Shown here one piece after another: positions 35,564 through 49,884 of a stretch of 64,000 nucleotides of DNA. Each line of letters starts with the position of its first letter. Position 1 is the stretch's first letter. Source of the DNA: Squalus acanthias (lineage: Eukaryota); assembly GCA_030390025.1 (NCBI GenBank), contig CM059431.1:124436001-124500000 (forward strand), read 5' to 3'. The position numbers were made by a program, and so were the translations under genes. Below the pieces are notes generated by a model, which was not told the origin of the DNA, made no database searches, and saw only the letters and a list, made by a program, of their open reading frames with translations.

Positions 35564-38500
35564 ATAGTTAGATGTGTGCAAATTGAATGTTGTGTTTCCT
35601 ACAATACAACAATAACTACTCTTCAAAAGTACTTAATTGGCTGTAAAGTGCTTTGAGACGTCTTGAAGTCGTGAAAGGCGCTATATAAATGCAAGTGCTT
35701 TCTTTTATCATTAAAAATATTTACATCCAGCAAAAAGACTAGAAGCGTGGATTTAAGTTAATGCTTGCTCAATTAACAGCAAATTGCAAAGGTTCATACA
35801 GTTAAAGCATGTGTCATCAACACCAAGTCACAGAACAAAATATTGAGCATTACAAAGTACCAGCTGTTGAAAAAAATATGTTAAAAATGAATTCTGTAGA
35901 TATCCTCTCTGAGTAAGCTCCCACTTTTTTTTTTTTTTTTTTTCATTTTTCAGTTTAAAAAACCTGCTATTCATTTTCTGTTTATGACATACCCTTTGCT
36001 TTCTGTCCTGTCTCAGAATCTCAAGGCAGCACAGACTGAGAAAGCAATCTTTCTTAATCAAGATTCTTTCTGCTCAATTTCCTGATTTTCCAGCTGCCTG
36101 TTTTTCACTTCCTCTAATCTGGGAATATGGAATTTCTCCAATGCACTTCCAGGAGTGCTGAGGTGTAATTTATCCTTGTATCTTTTATTCTCCTTTTACA
36201 TTTTTGTTTTTTATTCTATTCTACTACTGTTTCCTTTTTTTCAATTTCTTTTCTGCATTTTCTTAAATCCACAAACTTATTTGATCTTATATTTCTTTTA
36301 CAATAATTCAATTTCCCTTACTTATGTTTTCGCTTTTGTTCCTGCATTATTTATCTCTTGTGCTTCCTTTATTCTCCTCCTGTTTGCATTTCATATTGCT
36401 TACCAGGTCTAATCTTTTGCTGTTAATCTCCTTTGTACCTTTATTAATTTCCGCAGTCGTCTCTGAAATCTGTAATCTGTTTCTCACTTCCTCCTCCTTT
36501 CCTCAACCATTATCTCTCTTCTTGCTTTTTGAATTTATTATTTTGCTTTTATTTTCTCTCCAGGACCTATCGAATCCTATGTTTTATATTCCTACCACGG
36601 GCCTTGGCTTCTGTACAGGAACTTCAAATATCTTTATTTCATAGATTGAATGTCCCTTTCCCTCTACATTCAATTCCTCTGCAACAAGAAAAATGGAATC
36701 CAGCTAAACTGCATCTGTTATGCTGCAGCCGTATTAGAACAGTCAAATCATGCATCCTAAAATGTTACAGCAAATCATTTCCAACAGGAACAGAGCCAAC
36801 AGAGAATGGGTAATTGCAAATGCACGTAATAGCCAAGAGATTAATTTATGCGTGAAGTGACCTGGGTTAACTGTTCACAAGATGAACAGTGAACCCTTTT
36901 TGAAACAATCTGGCATACACTGGAAATAATACGGATTACCACAGTAAAATCCATGGAATTTACACCTCAAGCATTTTTTTTAATCCAGTTTTCACCTTTT
37001 CATCTCTCCTGGAGGGCAGAGTGAGTATTGGGCTAGAGGCATATCACAGAGGGAGACCAATGGTGTCGACAACTTTGTACACATGTGTGCTGTTTCTTTG
37101 TATAAGGTATGGACCCAATGTAAATTTTTATCTGCTGCGTTCTCACAGAGATAATCTGCACAGAGCAGTGACCTATCTTTTCAAAACTACTTCATTTAAC
37201 AGAGTCTGAATGGTACATTTGCAACGGGGGACAATAACATCTTGTTCATGACACTTCACAAGCCACCTGCAAAAAAAATATTGGCAGCAAAACACCACAC
37301 AAGATAATGTGTGAAGGCCTGGCACAGGGAGGGAGGTTGTCTGGACACAGGGGTGCTGTTTGGGCTGCTTCAGCACTTGCTAACATCTTCATAAATATAC
37401 TCTGCTTATAGGCTCAGCCCTCAGAACCACTGTGAGAGAACAAGGGCAGGCAGTGGGCCAGGCAATGCAGAAGCAGCTGTCTAAGTGTGAGGAGATGACC
37501 CTCACCTTTTTTTTTGGACATGGATCTGTAGAGGGCATTGGTGTGAGTGAGCTTAGAGGCCTAGTGCTCCTACCCAGCAAGTATATTCCATTCATTGTGC
37601 TCCTCGATACACTGGGCTGAGGATGGTTTCATTGTCAGAGATGGGCCTACCACCCTACCACTCTGGTTTTCTGAGACAAGGTTCATTAAAAATGCAGGGT
37701 GAGTTTCGAATATATTGCTGCCACACAAAGGGTGCGTGCCACTTCCAAGCAATGAAATAGGAGGAGGCAGCTTTGAAAGGGACAAAAGTGCTAAGAAGAT
37801 TTTTTTTCTTTAATTCAAGAAAGGACTCTGACTGTGCTGTGGCCCCTTCCAGTCCAGATATAGAAGCAGAAGAGAAGGAGAGGTGGATCTGACCAGGTCT
37901 CTTTCCTCCAACAGGGCATGTTTTAAACTACTGCATCACCATAAATCGTCACTCCCTTCTGCTGGGAGCTGCAGCATTGGCCAGGAGGTGAGAAAATCAA
38001 CTAGTTCCCTGATCTCGTGCCTCGGCAGTCATTAAAGCGCAGTGGGGTCATCAAAGGTCGGTTGCCAAGTTCTGAGCTGAATGAGGATGAGGGCAAGGAA
38101 AATTCCCTATGACAGTTTCAGAGCGGCCAGCGGTAGGTCTTCCCGTCCCATTTTCTTTCTTCATCCACTGCTGTATTGTCTGACTGTGATAGATGATTCC
38201 TTCAGCTGCTTCCACCACATCTGCTGCTCTAGTGACTGGCTGGTCTTGCCCACTTTCTGCCACATCTCCTATCATTTGGGAAGGGGGTGTTAGATAGATG
38301 TAGCATGACCCTGAAAGACAGCTTTCATGCCCTGATTGCTGAGCACTCCTTCACTATGTTTAATAATCTGGATGGGTGTAGATCTCTGGGCAGTAAAGTC
38401 CTGCATCCAATCTTCCAGTCTGTTGAAGTCAGACAAGCGTCTCTTGCAGCTCAAAGACGCCACAGAATCAGTGTAAGCATTTATGAGAGGTGTCCCATTA

Positions 38501-39193
38501 TGTGAAACACCTCTGTGAAATAGCTGCCTAAAACATTAGTGCTTGGATAGAAACCCTTTAAATGCAGACTCCATGAGGTACAAATCCCAGGGATCTGGAG
38601 CTGAGAAAGGATGCGAGGTGGCCCTCTGGCCAGGCAGTTTCTGCTCCACTACTGCCAGCACCAAATGCTTGTGCAGTTGGAAAATTTTCCTTGCTGCAGT
38701 ATGGACATGCACGTTGGCCACAAAAGAGATATAAAATTGTTTGAGTGTTTTGTATGCAGTCTCAGTCATGTTGTAACAGGTAGAGAGGAAACACTTTGTG
38801 ACATGCTTACTTTGCCCATTTACTTTGTTTAGGCAAGTGCTGGGTAGCTTTACCTTAACAGATTTTTTGAAGCTGGCAAATTTCTTCCTCACCTTCTCTC
38901 AGGTCCTGTGAACATTGGACCCCTCATTAGCCCTTTGTGCCACGCCCTCCTACACAGTGCCCTCCTGTGGGGAGTCCTGTATTGACTCCACAGCTCCAAC
39001 AGTGAATGGAGGAGGTCCTTATGGACATTACACCATTCTTCAATAATTAGAACATTTTCCTACCTTCTTCCTGTACAAAGAAAGCAACTCACTTTTAAAA
39101 TCACAGCTACAGCCCTTTAAGACTTGTTGCATCAGATTATTTATATCTCCCACTCAGCCGCTGATCGAGAAGTCTAGTTGCATTGAATATTTA

Positions 39194-39957
39194 GGACCAG
39201 AAATTGAACATCGATGGTTCCCGCGAGGGTAAGGATTCCCCGCGATATCGCACTCCGCGCCTACCTTTTTGTTTGGGGCCCACACGAACTTTAGTTTCAA
39301 AGCCTCTCCCTGTTGCAACCGTGCAGTGCTTGCGTATCCCAGAGGCGCAATTAGTTTGTGCGAGCTCTGGGATCACGTGATTCAGTTAGAGCCAATGGCA
39401 GCACACCATCTTTCATTCATAGTTTTGACAGCAAGGGCTGTCAAAGCTATGAATACTACAAACCCCCAAAAGAACAGCTAAACCTCAATTAATTTTTTTA
39501 AAAAGGCCATCACATTAATAAAATAAGTATAGTTAAGTAAATTAACCACTTTAAACAAAAAATTAAATTTTTGAAAAAATTTAAAATCTTTTTAAAAGTT
39601 ATAAAAATAAACTTACCTTTCTTTAAAGTCTCTAAAAAATATAAACCCATTGAAAAAAATTTAAAATAACACTTAATTAACTACTTACCTTGTTAAAAGG
39701 GGGTCCTATGCCTGCTTTCTTTATGTGTAAAATCTTCACCACTTACCTGCGCGTTCAAACCTGAAAAAAAAACTAAGTGCACTGCGTGCGCACAACCTGT
39801 AGCGCGCATGCAGTTCACTTAGGAACCGCCCCCTTTGCAATTCACGAAGTGCCGGTTTCCCGCGCATGCGCAGTGCATGCAGGAAACCGGCAATTCGGGA
39901 CCTAATACGCGAGAGTACAGTGCGTACTCTCGCGTATTAGGTTTAATTTTCGGGCCA
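39194..39957. mobile_element. Harbinger-type MITE with AT-rich core
   Basis: Termini GGACCAGAAATT...AATTTTCGGGCCA; same organisation as 8440-9193. Confidence 0.55.
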
Positions 39958-40164
39958 TAGTTATCTTAACTCGAAAGGTCCAGCAGGGTTGGCTGTTCCT
40001 AATTGTGTGAATGCAAACCTGGGTACACACTAGTCCTGAAGGTCGAGTGCCAAGACTGGAAGATTTGCTCTCTTATGCCCCGAGATTATCCCGGAGGCAT
40101 GTTGGGAGCAGGGGGTTCTGATATCGTGTGGAAAATCTGGAAGTAATTCTCCTATTTCTATTGC

Positions 40165-41190
40165 TCCTATTTCTCATCTAGATGCTGCCCATGACAAATT
40201 CATCTGAAAATATAGAGTCAGTTTCCAAATGTACGCTGACGACACCCAGCTCTACATCAACACCACCTGTCTCGACCCCTCCACTGTCTCTAAATTGTCA
40301 GACTGCTTATCCGACATCCAGTACTGGGTGAGCAGAAATTTCCTCCAACTAAATATTGGGAAGACCGAAGCTATTGTCTTTGGTCCCTACCACAAACTCC
40401 GTTCCCGGGTCACTGACTCCATCCCTTTCCCAGGAAACTGTCTAAGGCTAAACCAGACTGTTTGCAACCTTGGTGTCATATTTGACCCTGAAATGAACTT
40501 CCAACTACATATCCGCGCCATCACTAAAAAGCCGATTTCCACCTCTGGAACATCGCCCGACTCCACTCCTGACTCAGCTTATTTGCTGCTGAAACCCTCA
40601 TCCGTGCCTTTGTTACCTCGAGACTTGACTATTCCAACGCCCTCCTGGTTAACCTCCCACGTTCTACCCTACGTAAACTTGAGGTTATCAAAAACTCTGC
40701 TGCCCCTGTCCTAACTCGCACCAAGTACCGTTCACCCATCACCCCTGTGCTCGCTGACCTACATTGGCTCCCGGTTAAGCAACGTCTCAATTTTAAAATT
40801 CTCATCTTTGTTTTCAAATCCCTCCATGGCGTCGCCCCTTCCTATCTCTGTAATCTTCTCCAGCCCCACAACCCTCCGAGATCTCTGTGCTCCTCTAATT
40901 CTGGCTTCTTGAGCATCCCCAATTATAATCACTCCACCATTGGTGGCCATGCCTTCAGCTGCCAAGGCCCTAAGCTCTGGAATTCCCTCCCTAAACTCTT
41001 TGCCTCTCTACCTCTCTTTCCTCCTTTAAGACGCTACTTAAAACCTACCCCTTTGATCAAGCTTTTGGTCATCTGTCCTAATATCTTCTTATGTGGCTGG
41101 GTGTCAAATTTTGTCTTATAACTCTCCTGTGAAGCGCCTTGGGACGTTTTACTATGTTAAAGGTACTATATAAATAGAAGTTGTTGTTGC
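40165..41190 (+). mobile_element. 5'-truncated L2 LINE
   Basis: YADDTQLY, LQLNIGKTEAI, LHWLPVKQR, PKLWNSLP; frameshifted; GTT-repeat tail. Confidence 0.9.
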
Positions 41191-42415
41191 AATTTCTTTG
41201 TGTCTGTCTGTGGCATTTTACCTTTACTTCTGGGATTGGCATCGATTGTGCGGCAGCGGGCGTGATGAGGACCCACATGACGCAATCTCAACTGGAGTAT
41301 TTAAAGGAGGAATTTGGAGGAATTGGGAGCAAGAGGAGACGAACTGTGAGAATGGATTCAGGATGGTCAAAGGCTGTGCCCCGCTTCAGTGACATGTGCC
41401 GGGGGACATTGAGGAGCTGGAGAGAGATACTGTTCCCTAGCAATGGGAGGAAGAAACCTGCTGCTGACACCAAGAAGGCATGGCTGGAGGTGGCCCAGGA
41501 GGTCAGCAGCAGGAGCGTAGTGCCACGCTCCTGGATTCAGTGCAAGAAGCGCTTTAATGACCTAAGCAGGTCAGGAAAGGTGAGTACAGTTGGACATTCA
41601 TCTACATCCTGCTGTCGACATCAAGCCCTCTCACTCTGCATGTCAAGCCGACTCCACTACATCACTCCTCTCACCCACTTACCTTGCAAGAGCACCCATC
41701 TTTCTCTTTCGATGCACTGCCTCACATCCGCATCTATCCATCCACCACTGCCACTCAACCTCATGCAATTTCATGCCTCTCGCTGATAGTCACCCTCACC
41801 AAATGCACTCCATCCATCGGGTGAACACATGCCATTTCAGTCACCCATAGGTCTGTTCTTTCACCCACTACAGGAGAAAAGAATACAAAACACAGAGGAA
41901 ACGGAGAGAACTGGAAGTGGGCTGCCACAGATCACTCAATTGACAACTACACAGGAGGAAGCGCTGGAGATCAGTGGCGTTTCAGCATCCCTGGCCATCG
42001 GAGATGGGGAGCTGGGGACCTCCCAGTTAACTGATGACAGAAGCAAATATAATGCACACACATGTCATACAACACTCAGTCATGTTGACTTGAAAGAGTA
42101 GGGCCCATTAGGGACCAAAGTGGCAATCTGTGTGTAGAACCGGAAGATGTGGGTGAGGTTTTAAATGAATATTTTGCATCTGTGTTCACTATGGAGAAGG
42201 ACGATGTAGGCATAGAAATCAGGCAGGGGGATTGTGATATACTTGAACAAATTAGTATTGAGAGGGAGGAGGTACTAACGGTTTTAGTGGGCTTAAAAGT
42301 GGATAAATTCCCCAGGCCCAGACGAGATGTATCCCAGGCTGCTGTGTGAGGCAAGGGAAGAGATTGCAGGGGCTCTGACACAAATTTTCAGAACCTCTCT
42401 GGCCACAGGGGAGGT

Positions 42416-42512
42416 CAAAATTGAGAGGTCGCACAACACCAGGTTATAGTCCAACAGTTTTATTTGAAATCACAAGCTTTCGGAGCTATCGATTGCTCCT
42501 TCCTCAGGTGAA
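42416..42512 (-). mobile_element. ~97-bp Penelope-type mini-insert with a minimal hammerhead ribozyme motif
   Basis: Minus strand reads TCAC-CTGAGGA-A-GGAGC...GCTCC-GAAA-G-CTT-GTGA; interrupts the CR1 frame. Confidence 0.7.
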
Positions 42513-42972
42513 GTGCCAGAGGACTGGAGGACAGCTAACGTAGTACCATTATTCAAGAAGGGTAGTAGGGATAAACCAGGGAATTACAGGCCATGGAGCC
42601 TAACATCAATGGTAGGGAAATTATTGGAAAAAATTCTGAGGGACAGAATTAGTCTCCACTTGGAGAGGCAAGGATTAATCAAGGATAGTCAGCATGGCTT
42701 TGTCAGGGGGAGATCATGTCTAACCAATTTGATTGAATTTTTCGAGGGGGTGACTAGGTTTGTGCATGAGGGTAGTGCAGTTGATGTAGTCTACATGGAC
42801 TTCAGTAAGGCTTTTGACAAAGTCCTGCATGGGAGACTGGTCAAGAAGGGAAGAGCCCATGGGATCCAGGGCAATTTGGCACATTGGATCCAAAATTGGC
42901 TTAGTGGCAGGAGGCAGAGGGTGATGGTCGAAGGTTGTTTTTGTGACTGGAAGCCTGTGTCCAGTGGTGTAC

Positions 42973-43070
42973 AAAATTGAGAGGTCGCACAACACCAGGT
43001 TATAGTCCAACAGTTTTATTTGAAATCACAAGCTTTCGGAGCTATCGATTTGCTCCTTCCTCAGGCATCA
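42973..43070 (-). mobile_element. Second copy of the mini-insert, with a 15-bp TSD
   Basis: Near-identical to 42416-42512; TGTCCAGTGGTGTAC duplicated at 42958-42972 and 43071-43085. Confidence 0.8.
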
Positions 43071-44069
43071 TGTCCAGTGGTGTACCACAGGGATCGGTAC
43101 TGGGTCCTTTGCTGTTTGTAGTGTACATTAATGATTTAGATATGAATGTAGGAGGTATGATCAGTAAGTTCGCAGATGACACGAAAATTGGTGGAGTGGT
43201 AAATAGCGAGTAGGGACGCCTCAGGCTACAGGAGGATGGGCAGAACAGTGGCAAATGGAATTTAACCCTGAAAAGTATGAGGTGATGCATTTTGGGAGGA
43301 CTAACAAGGCAAAGGAATACACAGTGAATGGTAGGACCCTAGGAAGGACAGAGGATCAGAGGGACCTTGGTGTGCATGCACATAGATCCCTGAAGGCAGC
43401 AGGACAGGTAGATAAGTTGGTTAAAAAGGCATATGGGATACTTGCCTTCATTAGCCGAGGCATAGAATATAAGAGCAGGGAGGTTATGATGGAGCTGTAC
43501 AAAATGCTAGTTTGGCCACAGCTGGAATACTGTGTGCAGTTCTGGTCACCACACTATAGGGAGGATGTGATTGCATTGGAGAGGGTGCAGAGGAGATTCA
43601 CCAGGATGTTACCTGGGCTGGAGCGCTTCAGCTATGAAGAGAGACTGGACAGGCTGGAGTTGTTTTCCTTAGAGCAGAGAAGGCTGAGGGGGGACCTGAT
43701 TGTGGTGTACAAAATTATGAGGGGCATAGATAGGGTAGATAGAAAGGAACTTTTCCCCTTAGTAGAGGGGTCAATAAGCAGGGGGCATAGTTTCAAGGTA
43801 AGGGGCAGGAGGTTTAGAGGGGATTTCAGGAAAAACTTTTTTACCCAGAGGGTGGTTGGAATCTGGAACTCACTGCCTGAAAGGGTGGTAGAGGCAGGAA
43901 CTGTCACAACATTCAAGAAGCATTTAGATGAGCACTTGAAGCGCCATAGCATACAAGGCTACGGACCAAGTGCTGGAAAATGGGATTAGAATAGACAGGG
44001 TTTGATGGCCGGCGTGGACACGATGGGCCGAAGGGCCTCTTTCTGTGCTGTATAACTCTATGACTCTAT

Positions 44070-44961
44070 GGGGGAAAAATTAGGTCGCGCCCCATTTGGG
44101 GCGCAAATATCGTCTGGACGCAAATATTAGCGCCTGGCGCTAATTATCGGCACTGACTGGAAACTTCACTTTTACCGCCCCGGGAGGTGAGTGGAGCGCT
44201 AAATCAGGCACTGCACACCTGTCTTAAGGCGCAAAGGCCAAGGAGTGAGGCGCTAACTCAGAGCGCTGGCGAAGCTCATGTAATGTCAGTCAGCAATGGA
44301 ACACACACACAATGCCACGTGCCAGTTCTTAAAGGGGATGGTTAATCTTGCTTTCCATCCACATCCTGTTCATTGCAGCCTTGAATCTCGGCCTGGAGAG
44401 ACTTGCACATCAAATTTGCTGGAAAGAACAATGGAGAGTACCAGGCAAAGAGCTCAGAGTGCAGCTCCCACAGTCTCTGCTAAATCGATAGAAGAATGGC
44501 AAATCAAAATGAACCTGCAAAGTGCTGCTCAGTACCCAAAACTCCTTCACACAACGTTGAATCTCTCTAGAAGTCTCTCCCTCTCTCTCTCAGAATGCGT
44601 AGTTCAAAAATGCCACCAACAATAAAAGACAGGAAGAGGCCCCCTTTAAATAGCGCCCCCCCCAGCCCCACAGCGATTGGTAGCGTTCCAGTCTTCTGGT
44701 CGTTGGATGCGCCAGGCGGTAAGGCAGGGGGCGCCACTCAATTTCCGCTCCGGGGCGCCACAAGGGCGTTGCACCATGGAATGACGTCACAATCTGCGCG
44801 CGCAGGTGGTCGCAGCGGTAAAGTTTAGCGCCGCCGCACAATCTCTAGTTAAGTTCCCGAGCGGCGCAAACATCGCTGCGTCCGGGCGTTAGCGGCTTTG
44901 CGCCCCATTAGCGCCCTCTTAAGGCGCTAACGGGAGGCGCAACCAACTGAATTTTTACCCC
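44070..44961. mobile_element. Young Harbinger-type MITE (892 bp)
   Basis: TIRs GGGGGAAAAATT...AATTTTTACCCC; TAT TSD; inverted close copy at 61093-61987. Confidence 0.9.
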
Positions 44962-46259
44962 TATGACTCTATGATGTCAGCAGGGAGTGAAATATGATCA
45001 TCTTCATAATGATAAGTTGCAAAATTCTTACCTGGCGAGCACTAATTCATATCTTTTATCCCCGACAGGGCTTTCACACATGCAGCAGGAGTCCATGGAC
45101 GTCGCGGACAAAGAAACCTGAGAGGAGATGATTCCTTCTGAAGGTGCACCATCACAGGACTCATGCTTACCATGCACCAGCTCAGGTACTCGTACTTCAG
45201 TGGGACCAGTTAGACAGATAGTTGGGTTTTCATCTGGTGACTCACACTTCACAAGTGAGAAAGAGCCGATGGTGGTGGCAGGGACAGCTGTGGAGAGTCC
45301 GCGTCGGAGGGTGCAGCCCTCTCCAAGCTCTGCTCAGCTGGACACAGATGAAAAGACTAATCGTTGAGGAGCAGCAGAGAATATGCAATGTACTGACAGG
45401 CCTTGCAAGCACACTGACCACGAGTGCAGAGAGAATGGAACAGTCCACCTCAAGCATGAGTGGGATAATGTCGCAGGGCATTGCAACTATATCTTCTTGC
45501 TTGGATAGCGTGGTCAAATCCATGGAACATCAAATGTGACAATCATGAACACCTTTACCATGACTGTATACACTCTGGATGCCAACATATCTTAAATAGG
45601 AAGACAGATACTTTAGACTTCACCATACAGTGCCTCACTGATCGGCACCAAGCTGCTCTCCAGCAATGAAGTGCGACTGGGCCATGAGAGGGATGATGGT
45701 GAAAGGGGACATGGAAGTGGACACACCACTCAAACTGCTACATTTTCTCATTCATTGCCCCCCCCTTCAGTCAGTTCCCAATATGCTGCTTCGTGTCCCA
45801 ATAGCTGAGTCTGCCCCTGCACAGGTGCAGGTGGAGCAGTCCTTTATGGGGCCCTCACAGGCTCCAAAACCAGGGCATTTCAGCAGTCAGAGCAACCTGC
45901 CTCTAACTCTGCTGAAGCCACAGGTGTTGCACCATGTAGGAGCAATAGGAAAAGGAAGAGTAAAGTTTGTAGTTGCACAAGGTTGCATGAAAAAACATTA
46001 TGTTGTGAAGTTTCCGTTCTTTAGTAGAATCATATAAATGTTATTACTTTGCACCACTTTCCCATCTTGCCCATTCTTGGTTGCTGGGTGGCAACTCACC
46101 TTTTAGCTTGCTTGATGATGAATGGGAAGACATGAATTGACGGTGACCAATGGTGGATGTGCAATGGGCGATTGGTTTTTTGCAGGACTGCTTTGTGTCA
46201 GCGACATTGGGTGGGGGGACAGGAGGAAGAGTTGCCGTTGCAGGTGTTTCTGACATCGG

Positions 46260-47550
46260 TCCACTGGTGCTACCTAAGTGAACCTTGCATTAATAAGGGC
46301 ATACCTGGTCATCCAGTGCAGCAATATGAGAAGTTGGTGCTGCATTGCCCTCATCACCTTCCTCCTCCTCATCTTCCTTGTCTTCCTTCTCCTCCTCCTT
46401 GGAATCATCCGTGGATGATCTGCGCTCTGCGCATTGTTCCTCTTGCTGGTTCAAACCTCACTGGTGTGCAATGTTGTGCAGAGCACAGCACGCCATGACC
46501 ATTCTGGAGACCCTGGCTGGTGCATACTGAAGGGCTCCTCCAGAACTGTCTAGGCTCCTGAAAAGAAAGACTTGCATTTATTTAACGCCTTTCATGACCA
46601 CTAGAGGTCCCAAAGCGCTTTACAGCCAATGAGGTACTTTTTGAAGTGTAGTCACTGTTGTAATGTAGGAGAAGCACATCTTCAGCATGCCGATAGTTTG
46701 TTCGATCACACATCTGGTGGACATATGACATTCTGACAGGTGTCATTAGCCAAGTATCCCTTGTCTCATAGCAGCCACCCCTTAAGTCTGCTTGCAGGTC
46801 CAAAGAGGTCGGGGAGCTTGGACTGCCGTAGGAAATGACAGCTCCCCGGGAATCTTGTGCACACCTGCAGAAATATCTTTTTGTGGTTGCACACCAGCTG
46901 CACATTGATGGAGTGGAAGCATTTGCGGTTCAGGAACATTCCTGGTTGATCTGGGGGTGTGCGGACTGCCACGTGTCTACAGTCGATGACGCTGTGCTCC
47001 TGTGGGAAGCCAGCCAGAGATGCAAACCCAAGCATCTGCTCATTCTGACTGACTTCATCACAGGCGAAGTTCACATAATTGTCGGCTCTGGCAAACAACC
47101 CATCAAACAAACACCTGTCTTATGCATTTGCCTGCCATCGACTGGGAGATCCTGGATATGTCTTCAGTAGAGCCCTGGAAGAATCCGGAGGCAAAAAAGT
47201 TGAGGGTGGTGGTGACATTGACAGCCACTGGTAACGCGTGGTCACCAGATCCAGCAGGGAGCAGGTCAGCTTCTAGGAGGCTGGAGGTGTCTGCAATCAC
47301 CTGACGTGACACCCTGAGCCTCCTTAAGTACTGCTGTTCCGACATGTCAAGGAAACTCAGCCTCTGCCTGCGCACCCTGTGCCACGGGTAGTGCCTCCTG
47401 CGAGCTGCACCCCTTTGCTGCTCCCCTCTCTGCAGTCTAGCTGCAGGTTTCTAAACAGCAGGCTGATGCTGCTGCTGTTCCTGGTGCTGGAGCTGGTCAT
47501 ATTGCTCCTCGTCCGAGGTCCAATCTAAGGCAGCCAAGCCGCCACCCATC
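46260..47550 (-). pseudogene. Harbinger C transposase, degraded and interrupted by a SINE/L2 tail (~46563-46667)
   Basis: LPVAVNVTTTLNFFASG, GFPQEHSVIDCRHV, NRKCFHSINVQLVC motifs. Confidence 0.88.
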
Positions 47551-48236
47551 CTGCTGTGATTCAGAAGAGCTCTAAAGTGTAGAAGGTAAACTCTCAGCAA
47601 AAATACTGTAAACATACCCTTTCCCATTAGTAAGTAAGAAAGCAGCTGTGAGTACTGAATATTTGGTGCAGTAGTTCCATGAGTTTGAATTAGCCCCCTC
47701 AATTGCCATTGTGTTCTCGCCTTGCTTTCAATGGCGAGTTTCAGGAAGCCCAGGAAACTGGTGGTTGCACCGTTAAATTTAAAAGTGTGTTGAAATATTG
47801 CTCCAATTGAGTGATTAGCAATGTTAATAGGCAACCTGCCTCTCCTGAGGGGGTTGCACGCACCCAGCCTAACATGCTCCAGTTAAACATGGAAGTCGGC
47901 GGGTTAGAGCTGACATCTTTGCCGGTTTTAACCCCACATCTAAGCTTAAGCGCTCCTCCAGTTTAAAATTCCCCCCTTAGTTTCATAAATGACAAGATAA
48001 TTGAAAATATCTTGGTCCCTTAATGGCTGTGAAAGATGTTCTGCGTTTAAAAAAAAAGCTATTAGCACTTTGTATAAGCTTACTGACCTATAAGAAGAAA
48101 ATTTTGAATCCATCTTCTTTGATACAATCAAATCTTTTCATTGTAAAAATGAGCTACCTCCAGATAATATAATTAGAATGATTGGGGAGTGATGGGCCTA
48201 GAAATTCGATGCTTTAATGCCAGCCATTCAGGCTGG

Positions 48237-49884
48237 TGTAGAGTTTCGCAATTATCGCAATTCAAAATAACATGAGACAAGCAATTGATCATTTTTGTTG
48301 GGCAAGGTGCTGTCCTGATGATGGGGGACACGGGGGCCTGTAAGGTGGCCGCCGCGCATCGTGGCAGAAGCTTCCAGAGACACAGTGGGCAGACAAGATG
48401 GCGTCGAATATACATTCAGTATGAGATCGGATCGTGCTCGGTGCGCATTGAAAAGGCAGGATGCAACCCGTTTGCGTCCTGAACAATGGCAATGATATAA
48501 GTGCTGGAATCGTTTCCTACGCACAGTAAGGATCGTTGGGCGGGGCCGTCGAGAACCCATCTAGACACATCAATACACAAATACCCCCCCGGCTCAACAA
48601 TGAGAGAGACATTGGCGGGTGATTAAGCCAGTATTCGGGGGGCCCCAAAACCAGTCGAGGAGACGATTCATACACATCCTGGCTGGCTCAACAATGGAGA
48701 AGGTATTAACGGATAGTTGGCCAGTTTCAGGTGTTACCGAAACCCGTTAAGAAGATGATCGCCCCATGCTGGGAGTTTTGGGCGCCAAAATCACACAAAG
48801 AATAAACGTTTAGATTTGAGCGGGAGATAAGGCCGACAAAACAGTATAACTATAGAGGACAAATGTCCATCGGTCTCTTCTTGAACTCTTCCTTGACTCT
48901 GGGCTCTGGATTTGCTTGATTCTCTTGACTCTCATGACGCTGGCTGAAGCTCTCTCTCTTCCTGAAGCTCTTGCTGAACTCTCTTGACTCTTGACTCTTA
49001 GCCGTGCTGGTCGGTTATTCGAGTGTTGGGTGGAGCTCAATCGGAACGAGCCACCTCGACAGGGCAAGTAACAGGGTACACCATCCCGAGTGTCGGTAAA
49101 CGGTGTCCGGACCCAGAGGCCCGAGTGACGAGAAGAAAGACGAGAAGAAAGACGAGAAGAAATTCCACGTGCCGCCACGGTCAGTAAACCCCGACCGCGC
49201 CCGAAGATATAACGACAGAACCCATCTTTGAATTCTACCGACTACTACATGTACCGTTTCCTTTGAATTCTACGGATTGCTGCACGATCCGGTCTGAGGC
49301 CATCAACTGCTTCATGACATCAGGGAGTCTGGCTTGCCTTTCACGGCAGCGAGAGTAAACAAGTGGGGTGCAGAAACCCTCACAACCACGTGACAGTAAG
49401 GCGCTGCAGCGAAACGAGCTGAGTGCCTCACTTTAAATTTCCGAAGTGAGCCGAGTGGTGAGCATGTTTTCTGATCCTACAAATCCAGACGTAGTTTAGG
49501 TATATTGAGGGAGGGTGGGTTTTCTAAGGTTAATGTATAATGTGTTCCCCCTTTTACGATGTGCCGTGTGTTCCCCATTTCCATAGACCAAGTTTTATGA
49601 ACGTGTGTATACTTGTACTCTCTTTGATCTGCGCCTATGACATGTATTTCATGATTTTAGACGCCATGCAATAAAGATATTCATTTTGTGCTATTCAACC
49701 GGGTCTATTTGAGTTTTCTCTGCATTACTGCTCCTTGCATCTAAGTCCAGGTGTCAGAACCGTAAGGGCGAGTGGGTCGAACCACTCACAGGTGCTTACT
49801 GCAAAAAGTCTGGCCGGAGACCAGAGCAAGCAATAGTATAGGCAACGAAGGCCTCACCTCGCACCAGTACCGTGACCCCTTACA
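48237..49884 (+). mobile_element. Solo LTR (1648 bp) related to the 15171-24688 element
   Basis: TGTAG...CCCCTTACA; CTGG TSD (48233-48236 and 49885-49888); collinear similarity to the provirus LTR. Confidence 0.93.

Larger units (their letters stand above)
42090..44069 (+). mobile_element. 5'-truncated CR1 LINE
   Basis: PEDWRTANVVPLFKKG, SQHGFVRGRSCLTNL, DFSKAFDKV, KFADDTK; (ACTCTATG)n tail. Confidence 0.93.
41200..47976 (-). mobile_element. PIF/Harbinger transposon C, left end not found, with nested CR1, MITE and SINE tail
   Basis: Myb/SANT exons on + (41352-41579, ~41874-42030, ~45069-45960); transposase on -; TIR AAAATTCCCCCC followed by TTA. Confidence 0.75.

Noticed and set aside
36155..36813. 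Hydrophobic membrane-protein-like ORFs
   Set aside because: Arise from T-rich low-complexity sequence; no motif or splice support
37020..39190. Possible ancient Harbinger relic (also ~52500-53000 and the KPRFVSKEL remnant at ~54770)
   Set aside because: Only faint Myb/transposase resemblance; boundaries not supportable
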